Source: an uncultured Actinomycetota bacterium
Lineage (GTDB): Bacteria; Actinomycetota; Actinomycetes; S36-B12; CAIYMF01
NCBI GenBank assembly: GCA_963782665.1
Contig: CAWAKP010000007.1
Location: 7,909-71,908 of the forward strand
Length of the DNA stretch: 64,000 bases
Direction of reading: 5' to 3'
Shown: in pieces, positions 9,700 through 17,976 of the stretch
Numbering within the stretch: the stretch's first letter is position 1
Layout of the letters: every line of letters starts with the position of its first letter
Notes under the pieces: generated by a model
What the model was told of the DNA's origin: nothing
Seen by the model: only the letters and a program-made list of their open reading frames with translations
The model's database searches: none
Made by a program: the position numbers and the translations under genes

Positions 9700-10019
9700 G
9701 CCGACGCGACTAGAACTTGCCCCACGCCGAACGCGGCGGAGCGAGGATCCGGGGCAACCCGGCGAGACGCACCGGCGAGGTCGGTGGCTCGATCGGAGAA
9801 CGGCGCACCACTCCGGAGGGGGCAACCCCGACGGCTGCGAGTGTCATCGCAGCGGGACGTCAGGACCGATCGGCAGACCATCCGTTCGTGCGAAGCCCGG
9901 CTCGCCGGGTGAGTGCGGCGGCCGCGGTGACACCTGCGGGTCGTGCCGGCTCCCGGGTCTCCTGGGAGCGGGCCGACGGTCACCGCGGAGCCCCTCGACC
10001 TCATACGTCGAGGGGCTCC
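9700..10019 (+). other. non-coding, highly self-complementary region (candidate cis-regulatory leader or ncRNA) upstream of purine permease
   Basis: No frame gives a protein-like translation. Nested stems: CCGCGGTGAC 9922..9931 pairs with GTCACCGCGG 9979..9988; GCTGCGA/TCGCAGC around 9834..9853; GATCGG 9791..9796 pairs with CCGATC 9866..9871. Two GGGGCAACCC motifs. Ends in a terminator-like hairpin. Confidence 0.3.
9987..10019 (+). terminator. terminator/attenuator-like hairpin
   Basis: 13-bp perfect stem GGAGCCCCTCGAC / GTCGAGGGGCTCC with 7-nt loop, followed by GTTCCGTTGTGG. Lies ~70-140 nt upstream of the permease start candidates. Confidence 0.45.
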
Positions 10020-10085
10020 GTTCCGTTGTGGGCCGGTGTCGGAACACGTTGCGAATCAACGGGTTTCACCGATTGCCCCAAGTGC

Positions 10086-11627
10086 GTGACGTGGCGTTCA
10101 CCGCCCGTTAGCCTCAGTCGCTGTTCAGGCCGCTCACACGTCCGGAAGGGACATCCATGGCCGTCGACAGCCCGAGTCCGCACCAGCACGTCGTGGGACT
10201 CCTGGTTCCACCTGACCCAGCGCGGAACCACCAACGGCCGCGAGATCCGCGGTGGCCTCGTCACCTTCTTCACGATGGCCTACATCGTGATCCTCAACCC
10301 GCTGATCATGGGTACGGCGCAGGACGTCGACCACAAGTTCATCGGCGGCCCGACCGTCATCTCGTCGATCGCCGCCGTCACCGCCGCGACCGCCCTCGTC
10401 GCCGGGCTGCTCACGATCGCCATGGGAGTGTTCGGCCGGTTCCCCGTCGCGCTGGCTGCGGGCCTGGGCATCAACGGCGTCGTCGCCTTCGGCCTCGCGC
10501 CGCACATGACGTGGGCCGACGCGATGGGCCTCATCGTCCTCGAGGGCATCCTGATCCTGATCCTGGTCGTCACGGGATTCCGGACAGCCGTCTTCCACGC
10601 AGTCCCCGAGCAGCTCAAGTACGCGATCGGTGTGGGCATCGGCCTGTTCATCACGATCATCGGTTTCGTCGACGCGGGCGTCACCCGCACCGGCATCCCG
10701 CTCATCACGTTCGGCAACAACGGGGCACTGCGCGGCTGGCCGTCGTTCACGTTCGTCTTCGGCCTGCTGCTGACGGCGGTGCTCGTCGCGAAGAAGGTGC
10801 GCGGCGCGATCCTCATCGGCATCGTCTCGACGACCGTCCTCGCGATCGTCATCGAGGCGATCGCGCACGTGGGCCCGCAGACGGGACCCGACGGCAAGGT
10901 CGTCAACCCCAACGGGTGGAGCCTCAACGTCCCCAAGCTGCCGGACAGCATCACGGCATCCCCGGACTTCAGCTCCATGGGCCACGTGAGCCTCTTCGGC
11001 GGCTTCTCCGCGATCGGGGCGGTGGCTGCCGGCCTCGCCGTCTTCTCGCTCATGCTCAGCGACTTCTTCGACACGATGGGCACCGTCTTCGGCCTCGCCA
11101 ACGAGGGCGAGATCCTCGACGAGGACGGCTCGGTGCCGCACTTCGAGGGGATCCTCGTCGTCGACTCCGTCGGTGCGATCGCGGGCGGCCTGGCGGGGAC
11201 GTCGAGCAACACGAGCTACATCGAGTCGGCGTCCGGCGTGGGGGACGGCGCACGCACGGGTGTCGCGTCGCTCGCGACCGGGGCGCTGTTCCTCGTCGCG
11301 ATGTTCTTCTCGCCCCTCGTCACGATCGTCCCGCACGAGGCCGCGACGCCGGCGCTCATCATCGTCGGCTTCCTCATGATGACCCAGATCCGGCACATCG
11401 ACTTCACCGACTACGAGATCGGCATCCCGGCGTTCCTCACCATGGTGCTGATGCCGTTCACGTACTCGATCACGAACGGCATCGGCGCCGGATTCATCAC
11501 CTACTGCCTCATCAAGGCCGCGAACGGCAAGGCGCGCGAGGTGCCCGCGCTGCTCTGGGTGGTGTCGGCGGCGTTCGTCGTCTACTTCGCCTACGACCCC
11601 GTCACCCAGCTGCTGCACGTCGGCTGA
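10086..11627 (+). CDS. NCS2/AzgA-family purine (adenine/guanine/hypoxanthine) permease; 5' end ambiguous
   Basis: Motif GGLVTFFTMAYIVILNP and 12-14 TM segments. The only in-frame start near the N-terminus is GTG 10086. A much better SD+ATG (GGAAGGG-N6-ATG at 10157) is in another frame (see findings). Confidence 0.8.
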   Translation: MTWRSPPVSLSRCSGRSHVRKGHPWPSTARVRTSTSWDSWFHLTQRGTTNGREIRGGLVTFFTMAYIVILNPLIMGTAQDVDHKFIGGPTVISSIAAVTAATALVAGLLTIAMGVFGRFPVALAAGLGINGVVAFGLAPHMTWADAMGLIVLEGILILILVVTGFRTAVFHAVPEQLKYAIGVGIGLFITIIGFVDAGVTRTGIPLITFGNNGALRGWPSFTFVFGLLLTAVLVAKKVRGAILIGIVSTTVLAIVIEAIAHVGPQTGPDGKVVNPNGWSLNVPKLPDSITASPDFSSMGHVSLFGGFSAIGAVAAGLAVFSLMLSDFFDTMGTVFGLANEGEILDEDGSVPHFEGILVVDSVGAIAGGLAGTSSNTSYIESASGVGDGARTGVASLATGALFLVAMFFSPLVTIVPHEAATPALIIVGFLMMTQIRHIDFTDYEIGIPAFLTMVLMPFTYSITNGIGAGFITYCLIKAANGKAREVPALLWVVSAAFVVYFAYDPVTQLLHVG

Positions 11628-11630
11628 CAT

Positions 11631-11670
11631 AGCACGGAGGCGGGGCGCGGAGGCGCCCCGCCTCCGTGCT
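11631..11670 (+). terminator. intrinsic terminator-like hairpin after permease gene
   Basis: 18-bp perfect stem AGCACGGAGGCGGGGCGC / GCGCCCCGCCTCCGTGCT with loop GGAG, 4 nt after the stop codon. Confidence 0.7.
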
Positions 11671-11767
11671 GTAGCGGCGTCGATGCGGACGGTGAAGTGA
11701 GGTCACCCTGGCTCGAAACCGGCTCCACATGCGCCCTCGTCCCCCACTCGGGAGCAGTTCGCCGGTC

Positions 11768-11789
11768 GTTCACCATTCGTTCACTCCAC
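11768..11789 (+). promoter_or_regulatory. PHO-box-like direct repeat (candidate PhoP site) upstream of pit
   Basis: Two contiguous 11-nt units GTTCACCATTC GTTCACTCCAC. They match the GTTCAC-core, 11-nt periodic direct repeats of actinobacterial PhoP operators. ~80 nt upstream of the pit start. Confidence 0.5.
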
Positions 11790-11871
11790 CGCTGGACATA
11801 CGACGACGAATCGTCATGATGGAGCCGCCTGGGGTTGTCGATGGGACCGCCCCCACCCGTGGGGGAGACCC

Positions 11872-13050
11872 GTGGACCTGACCCTGGTGGCGGTCATCGT
11901 CGTCATCGCGCTGGCGCTCCTGTTCGACTTCACCAACGGTTTCCACGACGCGGCCAACTCCGTGTCGACCGTCGTGGCGACCCGCGCCCTGCCGGCGAAG
12001 TGGGCCGTGTGGTTCTCGGCGTTCTTCAACTTCGCCGCGGTCTTCGTGGTGGGCACAGCGGTGGCGAACACGGTGGCGAAGACCGTCCACTCGAACGTCA
12101 CCGGGATCGCGGTCGTGTTCGCCGCGCTCTTCGCGGCCATCGCGTGGAACTACGCGACGTGGTGGGTGGGCATGCCGTCGTCGTCGAGCCACGCACTCAT
12201 CGGTGGGCTGGTCGGCGCCGGCCTCGCCGCCGGTGGCGTCGACGCGATCAGCTGGCCGAGCGTGGAGAAGACGCTCATCGCGATCGTCGCGAGCCCGCTG
12301 GTGGCCTTCGGCATCGCGTTCCTGGCGATGTTCGTCGTCGCTGCGGCGCGCACCCTGTTCAAGCTTCCCGACAACGCCAAGCAGTTCAAGTGGCTGCAGC
12401 TGGTGTCGGCAGGCGCCGTCTCGTTCGGGCACGGCGCCAACGACGCGCAGAAGACGATGGGTGTCATCGCCGCGCTGCTCGTGGGCACCGGTCATCTCGC
12501 GTCCGGCAAGGACGGGACCGTGCCCGTCCCGGTCTGGGTCGAGTTCGCCGCGTACAGCGCGATCGCCCTCGGCACGGTCTGGGGCGGCTGGAAGATCATC
12601 GAGACGATGGGCCTCAAGATCACGACGCTGCACGCGTCGTCCGGTGTTGCTGCCAACGTCGGCGCGGTCACGGCGATCTTCGGCGCGACCGGGCTCGGCG
12701 TCCCGATCTCGACCACGCACGCCGCCGCGTCGTCGGTCGCCGGCGCCGGTGTCGGCTCGGGGATGGGGATCAACCTCAAGGTCGTCGGCGAGATGGTGCT
12801 GGCCTGGGTCGTCACGCTGCCGACGACGATCGTGCTGGCATTCGGTGTCTACAAGCTGACCCAGCTTCCGGGCATCGCCGCCTGGGTCGCCGTCGGCACG
12901 CTCGTGCTCATCGTCGGCGGCCTCATCGTCTACGCCATGCTCAACACGATCGGGGCCGACGACGTCGAGGCCGAGATCCCCGACGAGCAGGTCCTCGAGC
13001 TCCCGGTGTCGATGCACCCGCACCTCGAGGGGCACGGACCCGCCGCCTGA
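11872..13050 (+). CDS. pit: inorganic phosphate transporter, PiT family
   Basis: 392-aa ORF (GTG start) with both PiT signature repeats (FTNGFHDAANS and GHGANDAQKTMG). Multi-TM. Confidence 0.9.
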   Translation: MDLTLVAVIVVIALALLFDFTNGFHDAANSVSTVVATRALPAKWAVWFSAFFNFAAVFVVGTAVANTVAKTVHSNVTGIAVVFAALFAAIAWNYATWWVGMPSSSSHALIGGLVGAGLAAGGVDAISWPSVEKTLIAIVASPLVAFGIAFLAMFVVAAARTLFKLPDNAKQFKWLQLVSAGAVSFGHGANDAQKTMGVIAALLVGTGHLASGKDGTVPVPVWVEFAAYSAIALGTVWGGWKIIETMGLKITTLHASSGVAANVGAVTAIFGATGLGVPISTTHAAASSVAGAGVGSGMGINLKVVGEMVLAWVVTLPTTIVLAFGVYKLTQLPGIAAWVAVGTLVLIVGGLIVYAMLNTIGADDVEAEIPDEQVLELPVSMHPHLEGHGPAA

Positions 13051-13058
13051 CGGCCGTC

Positions 13059-13274
13059 CTACTCAGGCGGGGACGCGCGCCGCGCCTCCTCGATCCGCTG
13101 CTTCTCAGCCTCGTACTCGGCGGCCGTGAGGAGGCCTGAGTCGCGCAGTCGGGTCAGCTGGGGGAGCACGTCGTCGGGGTCGTCGCGCACGTCGACCGGG
13201 GGCACGGTGCGCAGGTCGACGTCGTCGACCGCACGCCGGCGCCACCACCTCCGTCGCCCCGCGTTGACCGTCAC
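13059..13274 (-). CDS. SHOCT-domain small protein
   Basis: 71-aa ORF, C-terminal LRDSGLLTAAEYEAEKQRI typical of SHOCT. GAGGA just upstream of the GTG. Confidence 0.5.
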   Translation of the reverse strand: MTVNAGRRRWWRRRAVDDVDLRTVPPVDVRDDPDDVLPQLTRLRDSGLLTAAEYEAEKQRIEEARRASPPE

Positions 13275-13367
13275 AGTTCCTCTTATCCCATGTCACCCGT
13301 TCGGAGTACATCCCCCGTGCGGTCACGGCCTTAGCGTGTCGCGCCCTGTGTGCCCTGCCCCGGCGTG

Positions 13368-13404
13368 CGACAGGGCCCCCGCGCGCTGCGCGGAGGCCCT
13401 GTCG
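13368..13404 (-). terminator. terminator-like hairpin downstream of 13412 gene
   Basis: Stem CGACAGGGCC / GGCCCTGTCG enclosing a second GC stem, immediately after the stop at 13412. Confidence 0.5.
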
Positions 13405-13411
13405 GGGAGGG

Positions 13412-13888
13412 TCAGTCGTCGTTCTGGTCGCCCCCGCCGCCGGATCCGCCGGATCCGCCCTGGCCGCCCTGCTGACCGTCGCCGCCCTGGTCGTGCGACG
13501 CGTCGGGCGAGTGGGTGGAGCCGGACGAGTGGTCGCCCTGCTCGTCCTGGTCGTCGCCCTGCTCGTTCTGGTCGTCGGCGTCGTCGCTCTCATGGGTCTT
13601 CGTCGTCGACGGCGAGGCGTGCTCTGACTCGCTCGGCTCGGCGGACTCCGACGGCTCAGGGGTCCGCGAGTGCGTGGCGGTCGGCTCCGCCGACGCCGAC
13701 TCCGAGGGCTCATCGGACTCGGTGGGCTCGGGAGACTCGGACCCGGTGCTCGCGCTGGTGGACGTGGACGTGGACACGACGTCGGTGCTGGGCGACAACG
13801 GTGACGCGAGGTGTCCCGAGGCGAACGCGGCCGACGTGCCCATGAACACGCCGGCGACGACCAGCGGTACCAGGAGCTTGATCTTCAT
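13412..13888 (-). CDS. secreted low-complexity acidic Ser/Glu/Asp/Gly-rich protein
   Basis: ATG 13888 preceded by GGGGGA. Signal peptide MKIKLLVPLVVAGVFMGTSAAFA, then SESPEPTESDEPSES..DDQDEQGD..GGSGGSGGGGDQNDD. Confidence 0.6.
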   Translation of the reverse strand: MKIKLLVPLVVAGVFMGTSAAFASGHLASPLSPSTDVVSTSTSTSASTGSESPEPTESDEPSESASAEPTATHSRTPEPSESAEPSESEHASPSTTKTHESDDADDQNEQGDDQDEQGDHSSGSTHSPDASHDQGGDGQQGGQGGSGGSGGGGDQNDD

Positions 13889-14088
13889 GATGTGGATCCC
13901 CCTCGGATCGACTTCACGTGGCATCGGCCGCAGGGGCCGCTACCCACACGATCGGATGCCACCACCCCGACCTCGTCCCACGGACATCCAAGAAACGGAG
14001 AGGGAGATCCTGCGTTCGCCCGTGCGGGTGAACCCAGCCGCTCGCGGACAGCCGGAGACAGCGGCCGCGGTTCGAGAAGGGCCGTGCT

Positions 14089-17000
14089 TCAGACGACCCG
14101 AAGGCGCAGTGTGGAGCTCACCGAGGTGTAGTACACCTTGTTGGATCCGATGACGACGCGCAGCGACCAGGTGCCTCGACTGCGCATCGCGAAGCCGAGG
14201 TAGGCCGCGCCCGAGCGGCTCTTGGCCGACACCAGGGTGCGCCACTTGCCGGCGTAGGCGTACTGCACCGTCACGGCCGTACCGCTCGGCAGCGAGGCCA
14301 GCCGGCAGGTCATCACGTCGCGCACCCCGCGCTTGACCGTCGTCGCCGAGAGCCGGCACGTCGGTACTCCCGCCACGTACTGACGCAGCACGGTGCTGCT
14401 GGGGAGGTACCAGCCCGTCGTCAGCGCCTGCGCGGTGAACACCGTCGTCGTCGAGACCCTGAACGCAGCCGCGAAGTAGCCGGTCGACGTTGTCGCGACG
14501 GTGCGCGAGATCGCCGTGCCGACCGCCGGCCTCCCGGTGACCTTGACGGTCATCGCAGCGGCACCGAGCTTGCTCAGCGGCACGGTCACGCGACCCTTGA
14601 CGGTCACCGTGGTGCCGCTGCGCACGACCTTCAACGCCGTGAGGGCGACGGCGGTCGGTGCGGCGACCTTGACCGCGAGCGCCGAGCTGAGCTTCGAGCA
14701 GGCGTTGGTCACCGTCTCGCAGCCCGTCGTGGCGTTGACCCGCACGGCGAGCGTGTGCGACCCGTAGAGCCCTGCGGTGTTCCAGGTGAGGACGCCGCTG
14801 CAGTCGTACGTCGTACCGGTGCAGGGCACGCTCGTCGCCGGTGCGCCGGTGTTGCCGTCGACGATGAGGTCGAGGCTGGACGGATAGGTGGTCGTGCCGG
14901 TGACCGTGCTGGCGGCCGCGTGCACGTCGACCGGCCCCGGACCGACGACGCCGGTCGTTCCGGTGCCGGCGCCGGGGACGCTGATCGACACGGACGGCGC
15001 CTGAGGTGCCGCTGACGCGAGCACAGTGAGGGTCGCGGTGGCCGACGTCGCGGAGTCCGCGGGGTTCACCGACGTGATGCGGGCCGAGACGGTGTGGCTG
15101 CCCAGCGAGAGGGTGCTCGTGTCCCAGTCGAACGTCGTCGAGCACGACCAGCCGGTCTGGGCGCAGGTGAACGTGTACGCCGGGCTGGCGACGCCGTCGA
15201 CGAGCAGCTCGAGCGTGGCGGGCTCCGACGTCGTCCCTGGCGTGGTGGTGCCGAAGACGGACACCGGCACCACGCCCTTGACCGACGTGCCGTCGGCGAC
15301 GCCGCCGAACGAGACGGTCGGCTTCTGCGGCGTGAGACTGGCCACCGTGGTCCCCGGCAGGTCACGAGCGCCCCAGTGCACGGCGACCGCGGAGGCGCTC
15401 AGTGCCGAGTTGTAGACGGCGGTGTCGTCGAGGGTGCCGGCGAAGGCATAGCTCGCCGGAGCGCCGGGCCACGACACGAGGTTGTCGCCGCCGACGTGCC
15501 AGTAGCCCTTGAACACCTGGTTGGTCTTCGTGGTGTTGGACGCCACGAGTGCACCGTCGACGTAGAGCCGCATGCCGAGGCTGGAGCTCTGCGTCGCGAC
15601 GACGTGGTGGCGGACCCCGTCGTTGTAGACCGTCGGGCTGGTGAGAACGACCTTGGCCCCGGTGTAGACGCCGAAGGCGAGCTGCCCGGCGTTGGTCATC
15701 CAGAGCATCTTGTCGAACGTGTTGCTCGCGTAGTCCTGCTTGTTGCCGAATCCGATCAGCTTCCCGCCGGACGTCGACGTCGTGGAGAACCACGTCTCGA
15801 GCGAGTAGTTCGTCGGCGAGTCCATGAGCTTCTGGCTGTAGAGCACCTGGCCCGCGCTGCCCGTCAGGGTGAGGGCGTGGCTCGGGTCCGAGCTGAGCAG
15901 CCCCGGCCCGAACGAGCCGGCGCCCTTGAGGACGAGGTTGTCGCGGTTGTCGCTGCGGTCGGAGAGGAAGACGTCGCCGACCTCGTCGTAGCGGACGTAG
16001 AGCTCGGGGTTGTCACCGAGGACCGCGGCCTCGTACGGCGAGGGTCCGTAGGAGCCGGGGGCTCCGGAACCGATGTTGGTGACCACCACTGTGCGCTCGC
16101 CCGAGGTCCGCGTCACGGTGCCGTCGGTGACGGTGACGCGGTACTTGTAGGCCGACCCCATCGCGACGGCCGAGTCGGTGTAGACCATCTGCGGCCGCTG
16201 CCAGAACCACGACCGCTGCGTGAGTCCCGTCGCCGCGGGGATGGCCGCCCAGCTCTGCCCGTTGTCGGCCGAGCGCTCGAGCGTGTAGGTGAGCGTCGCG
16301 TCGTCGTTGTCGAGGCTGGGCAGCCAGCTGACCCGCACCTGGCCCGGCGTGAAGCTGCTCGCACTCACGACGGGGAGGCTCGGCTGCGCGTCTGCGGTCT
16401 GGCTGAAGCGCGTGAGGCCCTGCTGCACGACGCCGTTGACCGAGCTGAACTCCCCGCCGACGTAGAGGTAGTCGCCGCCGCCCGTGTGCGCGACGGTCAT
16501 CGCGCGCGGTCCGATGCCCTCGAGGGCGGTCTCGCGCGGGAAGAGGGTGATGTCGCCGTCGTTGGTGTTGGGGAAGAATGGCAGGAGCGTCGGGTAGGGC
16601 AGCTGACCTGAGACGCCGATGCTGGTCGGGTCGGCCGTGAGGGTCTCGGCGAGCAGGTGGTGGCGCGCGCCGTCGGGGTAGGCGCCGATGAACGAGCAGT
16701 TGTGCGCGTGCGACGCGGAGTAGAGCGCGTTGGAGTGGACGACGAGGGCCTGGGTGGCGCCGAGGCAGCCGTCCTTCCACCGGAGGACGTGGTCCCAGCC
16801 CCAGGACGTCCGGCCGTCGAAGGACCCGGAGCCGGTGCCCTCGTTGCCGGTGTAGAAGCCGTTGGCGTCGACCACGATCGTCTTGACGGCCGACGTGTAG
16901 CCGAGGCTGTCCGTGCCGGTCGTCCACGGCGGCGCCGTGAGCGCCCAGGTCACCGCGCCGGTCGCGTTGTCGACCCCGGCGATGCCGTGCGAGTGGGTGC

Positions 17001-17760
17001 CGTTGACGTCCTCGAAGTCACCGCCGAGCAGCACCTGGCTGCCGTCGGGCTTGACCGCGATCGTGTCGACGTCCGGCAGGTTGTGCGTGGGGTCGACGGT
17101 CGAGGACGTCGCGGGAGCCCAGGCCTTGAGCGACCCGGGGCTCGGCTGGCCGACGGCCACCGCGGCGGCGGCGCGGGTGCGCGCGGTGAGCACGCCGCCC
17201 GTGTTGACGCTGGTGAACGCCCCGCCGTAGTAGACGGTGGTGTTGTCCGGCGAGACCGCGATCGCCTTGACGCGGCCCGTCGGCGCCGGGGTGAAGCCGC
17301 TGACGACGGTGCAGCTGGCGATGTCGAGCGCGGCGAGGTTGCCCTTGTTGGCGCCCCCGAACGTGGAGAAGGTGCCGCCGACGTAGAGCGTCGCGCCGTC
17401 GGGCGAGACAGCGAGGCTGCGCACGGTGGCCGCGGCGGCGGTGCCGAGCAGAGCCTCGGGGGCGCAGGACGTCGGTGCGCCCGTGGCCGCGTCGAGGACG
17501 GCGAAGTTCGAGCGGGCGACGTCCGCGGCGCCCTGGGCGGCGCCTGCCGGCCGCAGGTTCGAGAAGCTGCCGCCGACGAAGACCTTGCCGCCCGCGCTCG
17601 CGACGGCCCAGACGATCCCGTCGGTCTGGTACGTCGACTGCGGTGTCGCCGTGAACGTCACCGGCGCCTCGAGCGCTCCCGCGGACCCGGACGCGACGAG
17701 GGGGAGTCCGGCGGCCACCACGGCAGTGGTGGCCAGACTCGCCAGCAGACGTGCGCGCAT
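14089..17760 (-). CDS. large secreted multidomain protein (beta-propeller repeats, FN3, LamG/concanavalin-like, Ig-like domains)
   Basis: ATG 17760 gives signal peptide MRARLLASLATTAVVAAGLPLVASGSAGA. Repeated (Y)xGGxFxxVNG propeller blades, FN3-like VRVSWLPS..TYTLERS, LamG-like block (..ETWFSTTS..LYVDG..), C-terminal Ig-like repeats. Confidence 0.8.
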   Translation of the reverse strand: MRARLLASLATTAVVAAGLPLVASGSAGALEAPVTFTATPQSTYQTDGIVWAVASAGGKVFVGGSFSNLRPAGAAQGAADVARSNFAVLDAATGAPTSCAPEALLGTAAAATVRSLAVSPDGATLYVGGTFSTFGGANKGNLAALDIASCTVVSGFTPAPTGRVKAIAVSPDNTTVYYGGAFTSVNTGGVLTARTRAAAAVAVGQPSPGSLKAWAPATSSTVDPTHNLPDVDTIAVKPDGSQVLLGGDFEDVNGTHSHGIAGVDNATGAVTWALTAPPWTTGTDSLGYTSAVKTIVVDANGFYTGNEGTGSGSFDGRTSWGWDHVLRWKDGCLGATQALVVHSNALYSASHAHNCSFIGAYPDGARHHLLAETLTADPTSIGVSGQLPYPTLLPFFPNTNDGDITLFPRETALEGIGPRAMTVAHTGGGDYLYVGGEFSSVNGVVQQGLTRFSQTADAQPSLPVVSASSFTPGQVRVSWLPSLDNDDATLTYTLERSADNGQSWAAIPAATGLTQRSWFWQRPQMVYTDSAVAMGSAYKYRVTVTDGTVTRTSGERTVVVTNIGSGAPGSYGPSPYEAAVLGDNPELYVRYDEVGDVFLSDRSDNRDNLVLKGAGSFGPGLLSSDPSHALTLTGSAGQVLYSQKLMDSPTNYSLETWFSTTSTSGGKLIGFGNKQDYASNTFDKMLWMTNAGQLAFGVYTGAKVVLTSPTVYNDGVRHHVVATQSSSLGMRLYVDGALVASNTTKTNQVFKGYWHVGGDNLVSWPGAPASYAFAGTLDDTAVYNSALSASAVAVHWGARDLPGTTVASLTPQKPTVSFGGVADGTSVKGVVPVSVFGTTTPGTTSEPATLELLVDGVASPAYTFTCAQTGWSCSTTFDWDTSTLSLGSHTVSARITSVNPADSATSATATLTVLASAAPQAPSVSISVPGAGTGTTGVVGPGPVDVHAAASTVTGTTTYPSSLDLIVDGNTGAPATSVPCTGTTYDCSGVLTWNTAGLYGSHTLAVRVNATTGCETVTNACSKLSSALAVKVAAPTAVALTALKVVRSGTTVTVKGRVTVPLSKLGAAAMTVKVTGRPAVGTAISRTVATTSTGYFAAAFRVSTTTVFTAQALTTGWYLPSSTVLRQYVAGVPTCRLSATTVKRGVRDVMTCRLASLPSGTAVTVQYAYAGKWRTLVSAKSRSGAAYLGFAMRSRGTWSLRVVIGSNKVYYTSVSSTLRLRVV

Positions 17761-17976
17761 CCGTCGTCCTCTCGTGTCCCCCGTGGGCGTTGCGAGCCGG
17801 TACGTCGGCTCAGCGCGGCCCGCTGGTGCGACGACCAGCGTATGTGCTGCGTTCCCTCCCCTTGCACGACAGGTCGACCAGGTTGACCGTTCCGGAGTGC
17901 TGGCGAGAGCCGAGCGGAGCAGACCCGTCACGGAGTGTGGAGCAGGGCACACGCAGCGCCATGTCGACGGGCGCAG

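Noticed and set aside
9577-9700. DnaA-box cluster as a replication origin
   Set aside because: There is no dnaA/dnaN context, no AT-rich unwinding element, and only 2-3 good boxes. Reported only as a low-interest regulatory curiosity.
9740-9880. Assignment of the structured region to the glycine or c-di-GMP-I riboswitch classes
   Set aside because: Only partial resemblance: GGAGA.., CCGGAGGGGGCAA, GGGACGUCAGGACC versus the consensus CCGAAGGGGCAA / CUCAGGCAAAAGGAC / GGGACGCAAAGCC. Key conserved nucleotides differ and the downstream gene (a purine permease) does not fit either class.
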